Shown: positions 19,499 to 28,765 of the stretch, in pieces
How the letters are laid out: each line of letters starts with the position of its first letter
How positions within the stretch are numbered: the first letter of the stretch is position 1
Virus record (IMG/VR): IMGVR_UViG_3300013288_000004
Location: 63,360 to 127,359 of that record
Length of the DNA stretch: 64,000 nucleotides
DNA from: a virus
Lineage: Duplodnaviria > Heunggongvirae > Uroviricota > Caudoviricetes
Reading direction: 5' to 3' (one strand)
Made by a program: the position numbers and the translations under genes
Notes under the pieces: model-generated
What the model saw: the letters and a program-made list of their open reading frames with translations, nothing else
Databases searched by the model: none
What the model was told of the DNA's origin: nothing

Positions 19499-19521
19499 TA
19501 AAATGGGTGCGTGGTCGGGGA
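19499..19521 (+). repeat. G-rich 23-bp dispersed element
   Basis: Exact consensus; followed by the hairpin AAAGCGCCC-CGAA-GGGCGCTTT. Confidence 0.9.
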
Positions 19522-19558
19522 TAGTGGGATATGAAAAAGCGCCCCGAAGGGCGCTTTG

Positions 19559-19849
19559 TTAAATCTTGTAAATGCCAGTATACCAACTTGTGCAGGGTTC
19601 GGCATAATATCCGATTTTCTCCAGAGCAGCATTCATCTTGTCAATCATGCTGTAACATTCGTAGTCATAATTGAAGTAAGGAGCGGCTGCGCCACCATCA
19701 TGCACTACGACCAAGACAGCATTGGTACCATACTCCTCACCCCTCTTCTTCCATTCCTTACCGCTCATCGGCTCCGGTCCACCACCCCATTGTGAGGCTG
19801 GCTTTCCGATAACATGTTCCATCGCCCTCAGAATCTTGACTTTGCTCAT
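19559..19849 (-). CDS. Hypothetical protein
   Basis: Start trimmed to MSKVKIL. Confidence 0.7.
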   Translation of the reverse strand: MSKVKILRAMEHVIGKPASQWGGGPEPMSGKEWKKRGEEYGTNAVLVVVHDGGAAAPYFNYDYECYSMIDKMNAALEKIGYYAEPCTSWYTGIYKI

Positions 19850-19947
19850 GGACTGTCTCCGTGGTTGGTATGGAAGGACTATACTCTTATTATCTAACAT
19901 GGTCAAGAGGGAGAGTGTGAAAGATTACACTCTCCCTCTTTTTACTG

Positions 19948-20208
19948 TTAGACGTTTGCAACCTTCAGCAGAGCGGCCAGCTTGTTCGGGTCACGAATGG
20001 CGTTGATGACATCCGACACATTCACGATGTAACGATTGCTGGGGACCGCACCACAGACATCCGACACGATGGAGCGCATCTTTGCGACACGGTTCAGTTC
20101 ACGCTGATGGTTGTTCGCCTGAGTGGCAGTTGCGAACTTGTAACCATTCGACGTGTAGAAGAGCGGGGAACGATCCAACTGACGAACACCAGCGACGAGC
20201 TTTGCCAT
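19948..20208 (-). CDS. Hypothetical protein
   Basis: Start trimmed to MAKLVAG; GGAG RBS. Confidence 0.7.
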   Translation of the reverse strand: MAKLVAGVRQLDRSPLFYTSNGYKFATATQANNHQRELNRVAKMRSIVSDVCGAVPSNRYIVNVSDVINAIRDPNKLAALLKVANV

Positions 20209-20374
20209 TTGTCTATCTCCTAGTAAGTTTGGGTTAGTCGGAGGCAACTTGCCGCCGATGGAAGAACTATACCTATGTACAATAATTCTTGCAACAACTT
20301 TTTTGCGCCAAAATGTAACGGGATCAATTGGATTTATCCGACAAACGGTAGTTCCCATAGGTTAGCTTATAATA

Positions 20375-20397
20375 TAAAATATGGTGGCGGTTGGGGA
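20375..20397 (+). repeat. G-rich 23-bp dispersed element (variant)
   Basis: TAAAATATGGTGGCGGTTGGGGA. Confidence 0.75.
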
Positions 20398-20473
20398 TAT
20401 CGCGTTCCGCGATTCAGGATAGCTGATAGTGGGACGGACAAAAAAGAAGCGCCCCCGGAGGGCGCTTCTGCTA

Positions 20474-20902
20474 TCATTTCGAGGATAGCTTCATCTTCTT
20501 GGCGACGTGGGCGACCAATTGTTCTTCCGTTTCACCATCCTTCACCCACTGAAGGAAGATGCGGGCACAAGCCTCGTCATGCTTACCGAAAACGAAGCGT
20601 TCCTTCATCATTGCCACCAAGCGTTCCATTCGACGCTCTTTGCGAACCTTGAACAACTTGTGCACCAATTCAAGGCGAAGATTCTCATACTTGGCGGAAT
20701 GATTTCGCCACTTCACGTTCACAGGGCAGGGCATTTTCGGCACAGAAGGGCATGCGGTCCGAAACTTGTCGAAACGGGTTCGGTCATTTTCGGCGTTCAC
20801 ACGCTTACGCTTTACGAAGCGATCCCTACGTTCGGCGTGCCACTTTTCCCGCGTGATGGTGCGATCCATCATTTCGGCGTTTGGAGTGAAAGAGAAGTAC
20901 AT
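20474..20902 (-). CDS. Basic hypothetical protein
   Basis: RBS; terminator GAAGCGCCC-CGGA-GGGCGCTTC downstream. Confidence 0.7.
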   Translation of the reverse strand: MYFSFTPNAEMMDRTITREKWHAERRDRFVKRKRVNAENDRTRFDKFRTACPSVPKMPCPVNVKWRNHSAKYENLRLELVHKLFKVRKERRMERLVAMMKERFVFGKHDEACARIFLQWVKDGETEEQLVAHVAKKMKLSSK

Positions 20903-20980
20903 TTGCTTGTCTCCGTGCTGTCGATGGAGTAACTATACTCCCATCGGATGTCGTCGTCAATAGGTTTATAAAGAAATTTT

Positions 20981-20998
20981 TGTTGTTTTTTCGCAACA
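20981..20998. promoter_or_regulatory. Palindromic operator-like motif TGTTG-N8-CAACA
   Basis: Also at about 10580, 21774, 27655, 52661 and 59027. Confidence 0.6.
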
Positions 20999-21020
20999 GT
21001 CGCATAAGGTTCGACAGATC

Positions 21021-21043
21021 TCCCCGACCACGCATCCATTTTA
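21021..21043 (-). repeat. G-rich 23-bp dispersed element
   Basis: TCCCCGACCACGCATCCATTTTA. Confidence 0.9.
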
Positions 21044-21255
21044 GCAGGTATTATATAAATTGTCATGTTGTATTTTTACCACAGTCAGTTTGCGTTCATC
21101 TTAGTGTGCTAGTCTTAGTAGACTTGGAAAATTCCTGACAAACGGTCAGAAAACTCCAATTTGTTCAGCAACCATTCAGGTTCATTATGGTATACTGTTA
21201 GGTTGAACAGTCAAACCCGGAGGATTACCCCTCCGGGTTTGTGTATCATTTGATT

Positions 21256-21732
21256 TTAGACTAACTTCAGTGCCCACTGATAAGAATCTTCTTGCCAGTG
21301 AATATCTTCCTTAGTAATTAAACATGCGCTACCTGAGAATTCGTCCGGGCGCATCTTGGAGCATGTATTGGCCCATGTGATTAGGATGGCAGTGTTATTG
21401 TGGAAATTGCCATCAATAGCGCCAAGAATCAACAACTTTTGTAGGATGAAGGTAACAACTTCAAGATTTGCACCTTCTTCCGCATATACCCAAAGCTCGC
21501 CGTTATTGTGTTCCCACCCATCAATACCACCATAATCACTGATGATATTGTCATAAATCCAACGAATTTCTTCGTTGTTAAACAATTCATTTGATGGTAG
21601 CTGTTTGGTATCGTTCGAATCCAGATCAATCAAATCATAATCAATCTGGTCAAAGAATTCAGAAACACTTTCCACCAGTTCAGGCTTCAAAACCTTAACC
21701 GCAATGCTAAATTGAGTATAATTGTTAGCCAT
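21256..21732 (-). CDS. Hypothetical protein
   Basis: RBS; terminator AAACCCGGAGG..CCTCCGGGTTT downstream. Confidence 0.75.
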   Translation of the reverse strand: MANNYTQFSIAVKVLKPELVESVSEFFDQIDYDLIDLDSNDTKQLPSNELFNNEEIRWIYDNIISDYGGIDGWEHNNGELWVYAEEGANLEVVTFILQKLLILGAIDGNFHNNTAILITWANTCSKMRPDEFSGSACLITKEDIHWQEDSYQWALKLV

Positions 21733-21810
21733 ATAATATAATCCTCATTGGTGTGGTGAAAATACAACACCATTGTTGCGAAAATACAACAATGGTGTAT
21801 GAAAATAAAA

Positions 21811-22029
21811 TTACGATTTTGGAATCGTCTCAAACAAGACAGTTTTGCCAGCCTTGGTTTTGAGTTCCAAACGACCTTCATCGTCCAACTTGCGCTGTGC
21901 GGTCATGGCCTTGATGGTAGCGGTTTGTGTGATACCCCCACCAGTGAGAGCCAGAATGAAGTTCGCAGTCTCCATTTCGGTTGCAATCAGAACTTTACCA
22001 TCAAATGTGATTTTGTAGTTGCGGTTCAT
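21811..22029 (-). CDS. Hypothetical protein
   Basis: Start trimmed to MNRNY. Confidence 0.65.
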   Translation of the reverse strand: MNRNYKITFDGKVLIATEMETANFILALTGGGITQTATIKAMTAQRKLDDEGRLELKTKAGKTVLFETIPKS

Positions 22030-22107
22030 GGTTTGCTCCCTTTGTGTGAGACTACTATATCGGCTTTGCCGATTCATGTGAAACATGATAGCATAATTAG
22101 CTGAACG

Positions 22108-22356
22108 CTAGCTGAATGCTTTATCGTCCAATTCCATGAGATCATCCATCGCTTCGTTAAAATTCTGGATATGAGTCAATGCAGTGTCCATTGCATTCTG
22201 CCGAAGTTCATCTGGAGTCATTTTAACACCATCATGATAAATTGTGCGGTACAATCCTGTACCATTAGTTGCACTGTGCATCCAATAGTTTGCGTATAGT
22301 TCACACTGTTTCATGCGTGCGATCAAATGTTCTTTGACTTTTTTATCGTGGCTCAT
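22108..22356 (-). CDS. Hypothetical protein
   Basis: Start trimmed to MSHDKK. Confidence 0.65.
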   Translation of the reverse strand: MSHDKKVKEHLIARMKQCELYANYWMHSATNGTGLYRTIYHDGVKMTPDELRQNAMDTALTHIQNFNEAMDDLMELDDKAFS

Positions 22357-22677
22357 TATAACTCCAATCACCGCTATGTTATTGAATTTGAACGGTTTTT
22401 GTGTGCTTCACCGAAAAGCCCTGATTCCAAGGATGATCGTAAGTTATGATTTCCCTACGCGCTTGCCATGGACCGGATGCTCAGTAACACCATGTTCTTG
22501 AATTTGTGCGTCCGAGCCTCGTTAGACGCTTACCCGTGGGCACTTACATTGTCATGGGGATCGAACCCATACGCGATACAGACACGCGCGCTTACCCTTT
22601 GCTGACAATCTAAGTTACGGTATGCTTCCTCATCTGTTGAAACCATTCTACCACTTACTACCTGAACAGTTGCTGAA

Positions 22678-22923
22678 TTATTCTTCCTCACCACCATCAT
22701 CCATGAAGAAAAATTCCATATCAGTACCATGCTCATCGCATGCAGTTTGACATTCATCATCAGTTATTACATTCATTGAGACAAGATCGGTTTTCAATGA
22801 CCAACCACCATCAAGACATTCTTGCAGAACTTCCATCAGATTCATATCGTTGAAGAGTTGTTCATCCTCAACGGGAAGCAGAACATCAACCAAAATTTGT
22901 GCACGCTTCAACTTGATTTCCAT
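22678..22923 (-). CDS. Acidic hypothetical protein
   Basis: Start trimmed to MEIKLK; own promoter. Confidence 0.65.
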   Translation of the reverse strand: MEIKLKRAQILVDVLLPVEDEQLFNDMNLMEVLQECLDGGWSLKTDLVSMNVITDDECQTACDEHGTDMEFFFMDDGGEEE

Positions 22924-22984
22924 CGCTGTCTCCTCATTTGTTGAAACCATTCTATCACTGTGAAGCTGAACCGTTACTGAACAA

Positions 22985-23215
22985 CTATGGAATATAAACG
23001 GCTACCATATCATCAAGTTCAATGTCAAGATATTCGTCACGCTCAGGCTCGAAATTGATCTCAAGAGCATCAAGGATACATTTCAGGTCATCATCAATCT
23101 CACAGCCTTCTGAATAGCTTGCGGCACAATTTTGCAATGCTTCACGTTCGGTGGCAAATTTATGCAAATCTGTTCCGAAACGATGACTGTGTGTGACAAG
23201 GTAAGTTTTGAGCAT
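22985..23215 (-). CDS. Hypothetical protein
   Basis: Coupled ORF. Confidence 0.7.
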   Translation of the reverse strand: MLKTYLVTHSHRFGTDLHKFATEREALQNCAASYSEGCEIDDDLKCILDALEINFEPERDEYLDIELDDMVAVYIP

Positions 23216-23415
23216 TATCGGTCCCCTGCAATATAGCGATCAGAGTATTCCAACGAACCTTCATCGTCATATTCTTCATCATATTCTTCCGTAGAATCAA
23301 ACTGGGATGCACTTGCATAGGCATCATCCAAGTCATTGATTTCCTTCATGAATCGGATATAATCAGGATGATTCTGCGGAAGGTTTGCGATATCACTGTA
23401 GGTCAAACGGCTCAT
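23215..23415 (-). CDS. Acidic hypothetical protein
   Basis: Coupled ORF. Confidence 0.65.
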   Translation of the reverse strand: MSRLTYSDIANLPQNHPDYIRFMKEINDLDDAYASASQFDSTEEYDEEYDDEGSLEYSDRYIAGDR

Positions 23416-23621
23416 GTTGGGATTCCTAGAAAGTTTAGACGTTTTTCGATATTGTTATATTTCGTGATGTAACGCTTTGCTGCACCAATGGTATTGAATT
23501 TTCGCCAATTACCAAATGTACCATGGCGGGCATGTACTTCACCATTCTCATACACGTTGATTGTACCACCATTGTACGCTATTCGCCCCATCAATGTTGA
23601 CTCTACGAATAACATTCCCAT
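23412..23621 (-). CDS. Hypothetical protein
   Basis: RBS and promoter. Confidence 0.65.
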   Translation of the reverse strand: MGMLFVESTLMGRIAYNGGTINVYENGEVHARHGTFGNWRKFNTIGAAKRYITKYNNIEKRLNFLGIPT

Positions 23622-23673
23622 GATGTTCTCCAGTTGTTAAGGATATGATACTACACAATAGCTGAACCGTAGC

Positions 23674-23985
23674 TTAACGGTTCTCTTTTCGGAACCTTTT
23701 GAGACAATTCAGATAGCCATTGATATTTCCGCTACCAATGGGGTTCTGACTATGCACATAAAAATCTGGAATGTCAACATCACAATCCATGCAGATTTCA
23801 ACAAGCCACTTGGCACAATCATAACCATCCTTACCTTCACCTAGATCATGGTCAAAGGAAATGAAAGATGGTAATCCATAGATGGTAATACATCTGAGGA
23901 ACTCGGCATAATTGCGGACAATGATCCAAAGTTCACCATCTTCAGGCGGGAATCGCTCATCATCAAGGAACAGTTTGTAGCTCAT
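23674..23985 (-). CDS. Cyclic-phosphate-processing receiver-domain protein
   Basis: KLFLDDER...ISFDHDLG..KDGYDCAKWL...HSQNPIG. Confidence 0.75.
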   Translation of the reverse strand: MSYKLFLDDERFPPEDGELWIIVRNYAEFLRCITIYGLPSFISFDHDLGEGKDGYDCAKWLVEICMDCDVDIPDFYVHSQNPIGSGNINGYLNCLKRFRKENR

Positions 23986-24045
23986 AGTTATCTCTCAGTA
24001 GTGGGGCATGGATAAGATAATACCTATCCATGCCCTGTGTGTCAA

Positions 24046-24699
24046 CTACTTTGTGAGAATACCAGCCTTGAAAGCCTTGCTGATATAGACCAGACACGAC
24101 GGAACCGGAATGTCAAGTGCCTGATACATCTGAATTGCAAGAGCACTGCGGTCATTGGTACCAGTGATGTTATTGGTATTGAACCAGTTAACACACTTTT
24201 CGTATGCGGTCAACTTGCCAGTAGCAGCGTATGCCTGACGACCACGGCGACCACTGGAAGCCTTGGGAGCGACCACAACCGGTTCGGCTTCCGGTTCCAC
24301 CGTCACTTCAGGCTCCGCAGCAACTTCAGGTTCAGATGCAGTCTCGACCACGACAGGTTCATCATTCGCGGTTGCTTCGATCACGGGTTCCACACTGGCA
24401 GGCTCCGCAGCGACTTCGACAGTGGTCACGGTGACCGGAGCGGGTGCAGTAGTATTCTGGATGTAGGTACGATACTGTTCGACCTTGGGACCGATGACAG
24501 CGGCGACATCGTCAACTTCCTCAAAGATGGCAACAGCGACCATCTGGGCAGCACGGAGGGCAATGCGATCATCCGCATCATCGAAACCAAAGAACTTGGC
24601 AAATTCATGCGCCACATTGGTATTCTGGCGAAGGAATGCGGTTGCGGCAGACTTACTTTCGGTGGGGATGTTGAATTGAGACAACTGGGCTTCGTTCAT
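24046..24699 (-). CDS. Hypothetical protein with an A/E/P/V-rich linker and a small C-terminal helical domain
   Basis: Start trimmed to MNEAQL. Confidence 0.7.
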   Translation of the reverse strand: MNEAQLSQFNIPTESKSAATAFLRQNTNVAHEFAKFFGFDDADDRIALRAAQMVAVAIFEEVDDVAAVIGPKVEQYRTYIQNTTAPAPVTVTTVEVAAEPASVEPVIEATANDEPVVVETASEPEVAAEPEVTVEPEAEPVVVAPKASSGRRGRQAYAATGKLTAYEKCVNWFNTNNITGTNDRSALAIQMYQALDIPVPSCLVYISKAFKAGILTK

Positions 24700-24835
24700 A
24701 TTGATAACTCCTAGTGGGTGAGATCGGTAGTGGTCGTCACCACCGTGAAGCAATCATAGTCCTACGTTGCAAAAGATGCAAGACCTTTTTTGTAACAGAA
24801 TCGTTAAGATTGTCTGAACAGTTATAAACAAAGAC

Positions 24836-24864
24836 TTGACTGTCAATACGTCTGGATGTATAGT
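24836..24864 (+). promoter_or_regulatory. Sigma70-like promoter
   Basis: TTGACT-17-TATAGT. Confidence 0.6.
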
Positions 24865-24887
24865 TACATCACACTGAAACGGAGGAC

Positions 24888-25163
24888 ATGATGAAAACTT
24901 ACAAATTCTATAATGATCCCGGCCATGGCTGGCTTGCTGTCAAGCGCAAAGAGCTGATCGAACTTGGTGTTATTGGTCAAATTTCCCGCTACTCTTACCA
25001 GCGTGGTGGTACAGTGTACCTTGAAGAGGATGGGGACGCATCGCGATTCATCAACGCATACGTGGCAAAGGGATTGTGCGCAACTGTAAAAGATTTCCCA
25101 TATGAATCAAAGTATTCTGAGAAAAATTCCCCGATTCGTTCTTACGATAGTTTCAAAGTGTAA
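24888..25163 (+). CDS. Hypothetical protein (DPGHGWL...YLEED family)
   Basis: GGAGG RBS; motif recurrent in mobile elements. Confidence 0.8.
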   Translation: MMKTYKFYNDPGHGWLAVKRKELIELGVIGQISRYSYQRGGTVYLEEDGDASRFINAYVAKGLCATVKDFPYESKYSEKNSPIRSYDSFKV

Positions 25164-25213
25164 AAGAATGGGCCAGCAATGGCCCATTCATCTATTGTTC
25201 AGGAATGATGTGT

Positions 25214-25236
25214 TAAAATGGGATGGAGGTCGGGAG
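25214..25236 (+). repeat. G-rich 23-bp dispersed element (variant)
   Basis: TAAAATGGGATGGAGGTCGGGAG. Confidence 0.8.
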
Positions 25237-25254
25237 AGGTAGTAAGAAGCGCGA

Positions 25255-25548
25255 TTAATTGCGCTGTTCGTTTTCGTATGTATCGGTCAACCCTTCGACC
25301 TTCCAATATGCGTCGATTTCCTTCTGAGTGGCTTGCTCTGCTTCATATTCTGCTGCATACTCATCATCGAAACTCACCCTGATAATCTTCTGATTCTCAC
25401 CGGTGATAAGTGCGAAACAATTCTGCAATGCCCTCACAGTAAGTTTGCGATGATCCTCATCATCCAGATCAAGATCAGCAATCTGATAGCACTGGTCAGC
25501 AATACCGACACTTGGGTCGCCCTTGACACAAACGATTGCGGTAGTCAT
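25255..25548 (-). CDS. Hypothetical protein
   Basis: ORF track. Confidence 0.65.
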   Translation of the reverse strand: MTTAIVCVKGDPSVGIADQCYQIADLDLDDEDHRKLTVRALQNCFALITGENQKIIRVSFDDEYAAEYEAEQATQKEIDAYWKVEGLTDTYENEQRN

Positions 25549-25727
25549 GTTAGTAGCCTCCAGTGAGTGTGATCTTCATTGTATTCGTATTCGCGGAGAA
25601 TGTCAAGCCGCGAATCACTAACCCTTTGATTGTATTCAGGAATTCTTCAAAATCGGTACATTCGATGGTCATCATCTTGGTCCCCTTGTTGAGGGATCAA
25701 TTATACCATCATAATCTGAATGGTAGC

Positions 25728-25985
25728 TTAACTAGGAATGATTTCTATGCGATTCCATCGCCAATAATACGGAAACCTTTCATTAAATTCGCGTTCACAA
25801 TCTATGATTGCCATACCCTGAAACAACCTTCGACGACCAGACTCGCGCGTACCCATTCCAAGCGCTTCACGCACATAATCTGGCAAGTTTGTGGGATCAT
25901 ACATGCGCCCAGCCCATTTTACATTGTGAATGACTGGACCGATAATAGTAGGGGTGAATTTGAAATACCAGACTTGTTTGCGCAT
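25728..25985 (-). CDS. Hypothetical protein
   Basis: ORF track. Confidence 0.65.
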   Translation of the reverse strand: MRKQVWYFKFTPTIIGPVIHNVKWAGRMYDPTNLPDYVREALGMGTRESGRRRLFQGMAIIDCEREFNERFPYYWRWNRIEIIPS

Positions 25986-26007
25986 GATGGTATCCTATTA
26001 TGTTATA

Positions 26008-26108
26008 TGGTGGGAGAGGTGGGATTCGAACCCACGATGAACAGATTTTTTAATACTCTCGAAAAAGTGTTAAAAAAGTCTGCTGCCTTACCGCTTGGCC
26101 ACTCTCCC
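26008..26108 (-). tRNA. tRNA-Lys(UUU) with a 26-nt insertion in the anticodon loop
   Basis: Full cloverleaf with encoded CCA; stem GCAGA/TCTGT encloses a 33-nt loop that reduces to CTTTTAA on removing a UUCG-capped hairpin. Confidence 0.75.
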
Positions 26109-26155
26109 AGTGTGTAGCCACTATAGCAGATGCTATAGTGGCTTGCAACAACTAT

Positions 26156-26680
26156 TTATGCCACCTTACTCTTGCCAGTGAAATGATGCTTGGAAATGCG
26201 ACCCTTGGTGCTGGCGAGGATACGTTGCTGACCATTCGTCACCTTATTGTGCATCACATCACTCAGCCAGACAACTGTACCACAACTTGCAACATATTCA
26301 TAGCGATTTCGCTGGCGAAGCTTAACCGGAGTCATACCAGTTTCAGCAGCATTGAAGCATCGTTCACCAGTGCAACCGAGCGACACCGCTACACGTTTCC
26401 AATTCTTGCCATGGCCACGATCCCAACCGAAGTGTGCACAGATGATATGCGCGATTTCATGGGGGATGGTATTGTTACAGATGTAGTCAGGATTTTGACG
26501 CGCAAGGGTAAGATTCACCTTGATATGCAAACAGCCACGTGCTTGACCGGCGATCCCACCCATGTTTGGCACAATCTCAAACACCACGCGATGACGGTTT
26601 GCAGTGAATGCGGGGTAAAGACGGCAAGCATTGTCCATGTGACGATTGAAAGCAGCGCGCAGATCAGATTCGATGGTCAT
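26156..26680 (-). CDS. SprT-like zinc metalloprotease
   Basis: TIPHEIAHIIC...HGKNWKRVAVSLG...YVASCG. Confidence 0.85.
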   Translation of the reverse strand: MTIESDLRAAFNRHMDNACRLYPAFTANRHRVVFEIVPNMGGIAGQARGCLHIKVNLTLARQNPDYICNNTIPHEIAHIICAHFGWDRGHGKNWKRVAVSLGCTGERCFNAAETGMTPVKLRQRNRYEYVASCGTVVWLSDVMHNKVTNGQQRILASTKGRISKHHFTGKSKVA

Positions 26681-26746
26681 CGCGTTTGTCCTTGGTTGGT
26701 ATGAATGATTATACACCAGTTACCTGAACAGTAGCTGAATCGATCC

Positions 26747-27160
26747 TCACACTACTTTACCATCTAGAACATCAAGACCATTGCAGATATCATCGAAAAT
26801 ATCCATCAATTCCGTGTCCTCTTCTTCATTCAAACGCTGGCGCAGTGTATCACGGGCGCGCTCAAACCATTGGACCGCGGTCAACGGTTGTGGGACAATG
26901 GGGGCAAAAGCATCATCATACACCCCTTTCGTGTACGTCAGGAATTTCAAAATTTCCTTCTTCTTGGTAAAACGTGCATCAATATTGTTTGTATCTTTGA
27001 TTGCCACCAATGATACATCAAACCAACCATCATTACACGCCTGAATCAGTTTCATTTGAGCAAAACTGTGAACACTAATCCGCTTGACAAGATGATCATT
27101 TTCATCACCATCATTGACGATTCCATAATGCTTTGCGTTGGGGGAGATTTGAAGATTCAT
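26747..27160 (-). CDS. Hypothetical protein
   Basis: RBS and promoter. Confidence 0.7.
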   Translation of the reverse strand: MNLQISPNAKHYGIVNDGDENDHLVKRISVHSFAQMKLIQACNDGWFDVSLVAIKDTNNIDARFTKKKEILKFLTYTKGVYDDAFAPIVPQPLTAVQWFERARDTLRQRLNEEEDTELMDIFDDICNGLDVLDGKVV

Positions 27161-27214
27161 GCCGATTCCTTGATTTGATGCTATGATAACACAATTAGCT
27201 GAACGGTTGCTGAA

Positions 27215-27571
27215 TCAATAACGATCATCGTATGCAGCGTGAGCGCCAAGCATCGGGATACGAAACTGAGGCATCGTAACATTACAACCAAATTCATTCA
27301 AACGACGGACAACACCCTGAATGCGTTCGATTTTACGTTGAATGCGATAGAGAGAACCGGGACCAGCGTCACCGAATAGAGCACACTCACTACCAAACTC
27401 GCTGATGCCTTCACCGATACCTTCGATGCAGGATTCCAGAGCGGGCATATCATAAGGATCATCGCCGCAGTTGAGCCAATATGCAATGAATTCTTCACGA
27501 GTCATGGGCTTGGTATAATCATTACGCAGTTCTTCCAAGGCGTTCATGTTGAAGAGATGTTGTGCATTCAT
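27215..27571 (-). CDS. Hypothetical protein
   Basis: Start trimmed to MNAQHL. Confidence 0.7.
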   Translation of the reverse strand: MNAQHLFNMNALEELRNDYTKPMTREEFIAYWLNCGDDPYDMPALESCIEGIGEGISEFGSECALFGDAGPGSLYRIQRKIERIQGVVRRLNEFGCNVTMPQFRIPMLGAHAAYDDRY

Positions 27572-27694
27572 TTCTTGTCTCCCTGTGTATGTATTGTATT
27601 CTACATCAGTTTTAAAACAACGCAAGAACTATTTTTGTTGTATTTCTACCACACTGTTGTTTTTTCGCAACATTGGCCAAACCGGAGAACTATC

Positions 27695-27717
27695 TCCCCG
27701 ACCACGCACCCATTTTA
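27695..27717 (-). repeat. G-rich 23-bp dispersed element
   Basis: Exact consensus. Confidence 0.9.
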
Positions 27718-27976
27718 CCTTATAATGTTATATCCGTCAAGCGTTTTTTCACTTATTTACGATGCCGTTAATTTTTTATTCAGCTTCAGGCTGCCATGCT
27801 GAACCCTCACCAGATTGTAAATTCTTTTAAATCTTTATAAAAAGGTAGAATCATTCAGCATCTGTTCAGGTTCGATCAGCTATAATAGGAGCTGTCACGG
27901 TTGACTATGCCCAGAAAATCCTGAACAGGTCGTTCAGGATCGGTTCAGGTTGCGATATCATAACCGATTGAATTTG

Positions 27977-28429
27977 TTATACTTTTTGTAACAAATCACA
28001 TAGATTTCGAAGTTTTTCGATTTCTCTTGCAATTTCCGCTTCCTTGGTGCTGATTGTTTCAACGAGCTTTTGTTGAAAGCCAGCGATACCAGTATCAGTT
28101 AATACAGAGTCTGAAAGTAATCTCAACGTTTTAGATTTTTCATCAAAATCCAATCGCATTGGTCGCTGGATACCATCTTGGTTGATCGTGTTAACTGTAA
28201 GCCAATGACCCTTAGCAAATACCTCTGTGGGGAACACTTCGGTACTACCATAGAAAACCTTAACAAATCCTCGCAACGCCCCACGTTCTTCTGAGCATTC
28301 AAAAGAGATCAGATCAATCTTAGGTACGGATGTTGATCTATCATAAGCATAAAGCTTCCCCGGAACGATGTCAACCAAATTCAATTGCTTATAATTAAGC
28401 TTCGCCTGTTTCTTGTCATATGGCTTCAT
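27977..28429 (-). CDS. Hypothetical protein
   Basis: ORF track. Confidence 0.7.
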   Translation of the reverse strand: MKPYDKKQAKLNYKQLNLVDIVPGKLYAYDRSTSVPKIDLISFECSEERGALRGFVKVFYGSTEVFPTEVFAKGHWLTVNTINQDGIQRPMRLDFDEKSKTLRLLSDSVLTDTGIAGFQQKLVETISTKEAEIAREIEKLRNLCDLLQKV

Positions 28430-28555
28430 GTTTGGACACTCACTTATGATATCAGATGAATCATTGGTGTGGACTATTAGTGTGGTATTTTCGCAACGAT
28501 GTGTTGTTTTTATACGACAGAATAGATTTACGTTTTTGTTTTACGTTTTTGAAAG

Positions 28556-28765
28556 TTAGCTATTCCTAGCTTTCCTCAATAGATTTGCAAGTTCAGCAAA
28601 CAATTCTTCCTGCTTGGTTGGGTCAGAGATATACTCAGTTGAAATATTCCAAGCCAATCGTGCCAGTGGATCGTTTGCAGCGAACTTTTCTCGTACCATT
28701 GCATTGGTAGTGCGTTGCAGTTCATTACGTTCGTTATATGGTCCAGCATCTTTATTATCGTACAT
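28556..28765 (-). CDS. Hypothetical protein
   Basis: GGAGG RBS. Confidence 0.65.
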   Translation of the reverse strand: MYDNKDAGPYNERNELQRTTNAMVREKFAANDPLARLAWNISTEYISDPTKQEELFAELANLLRKARNS

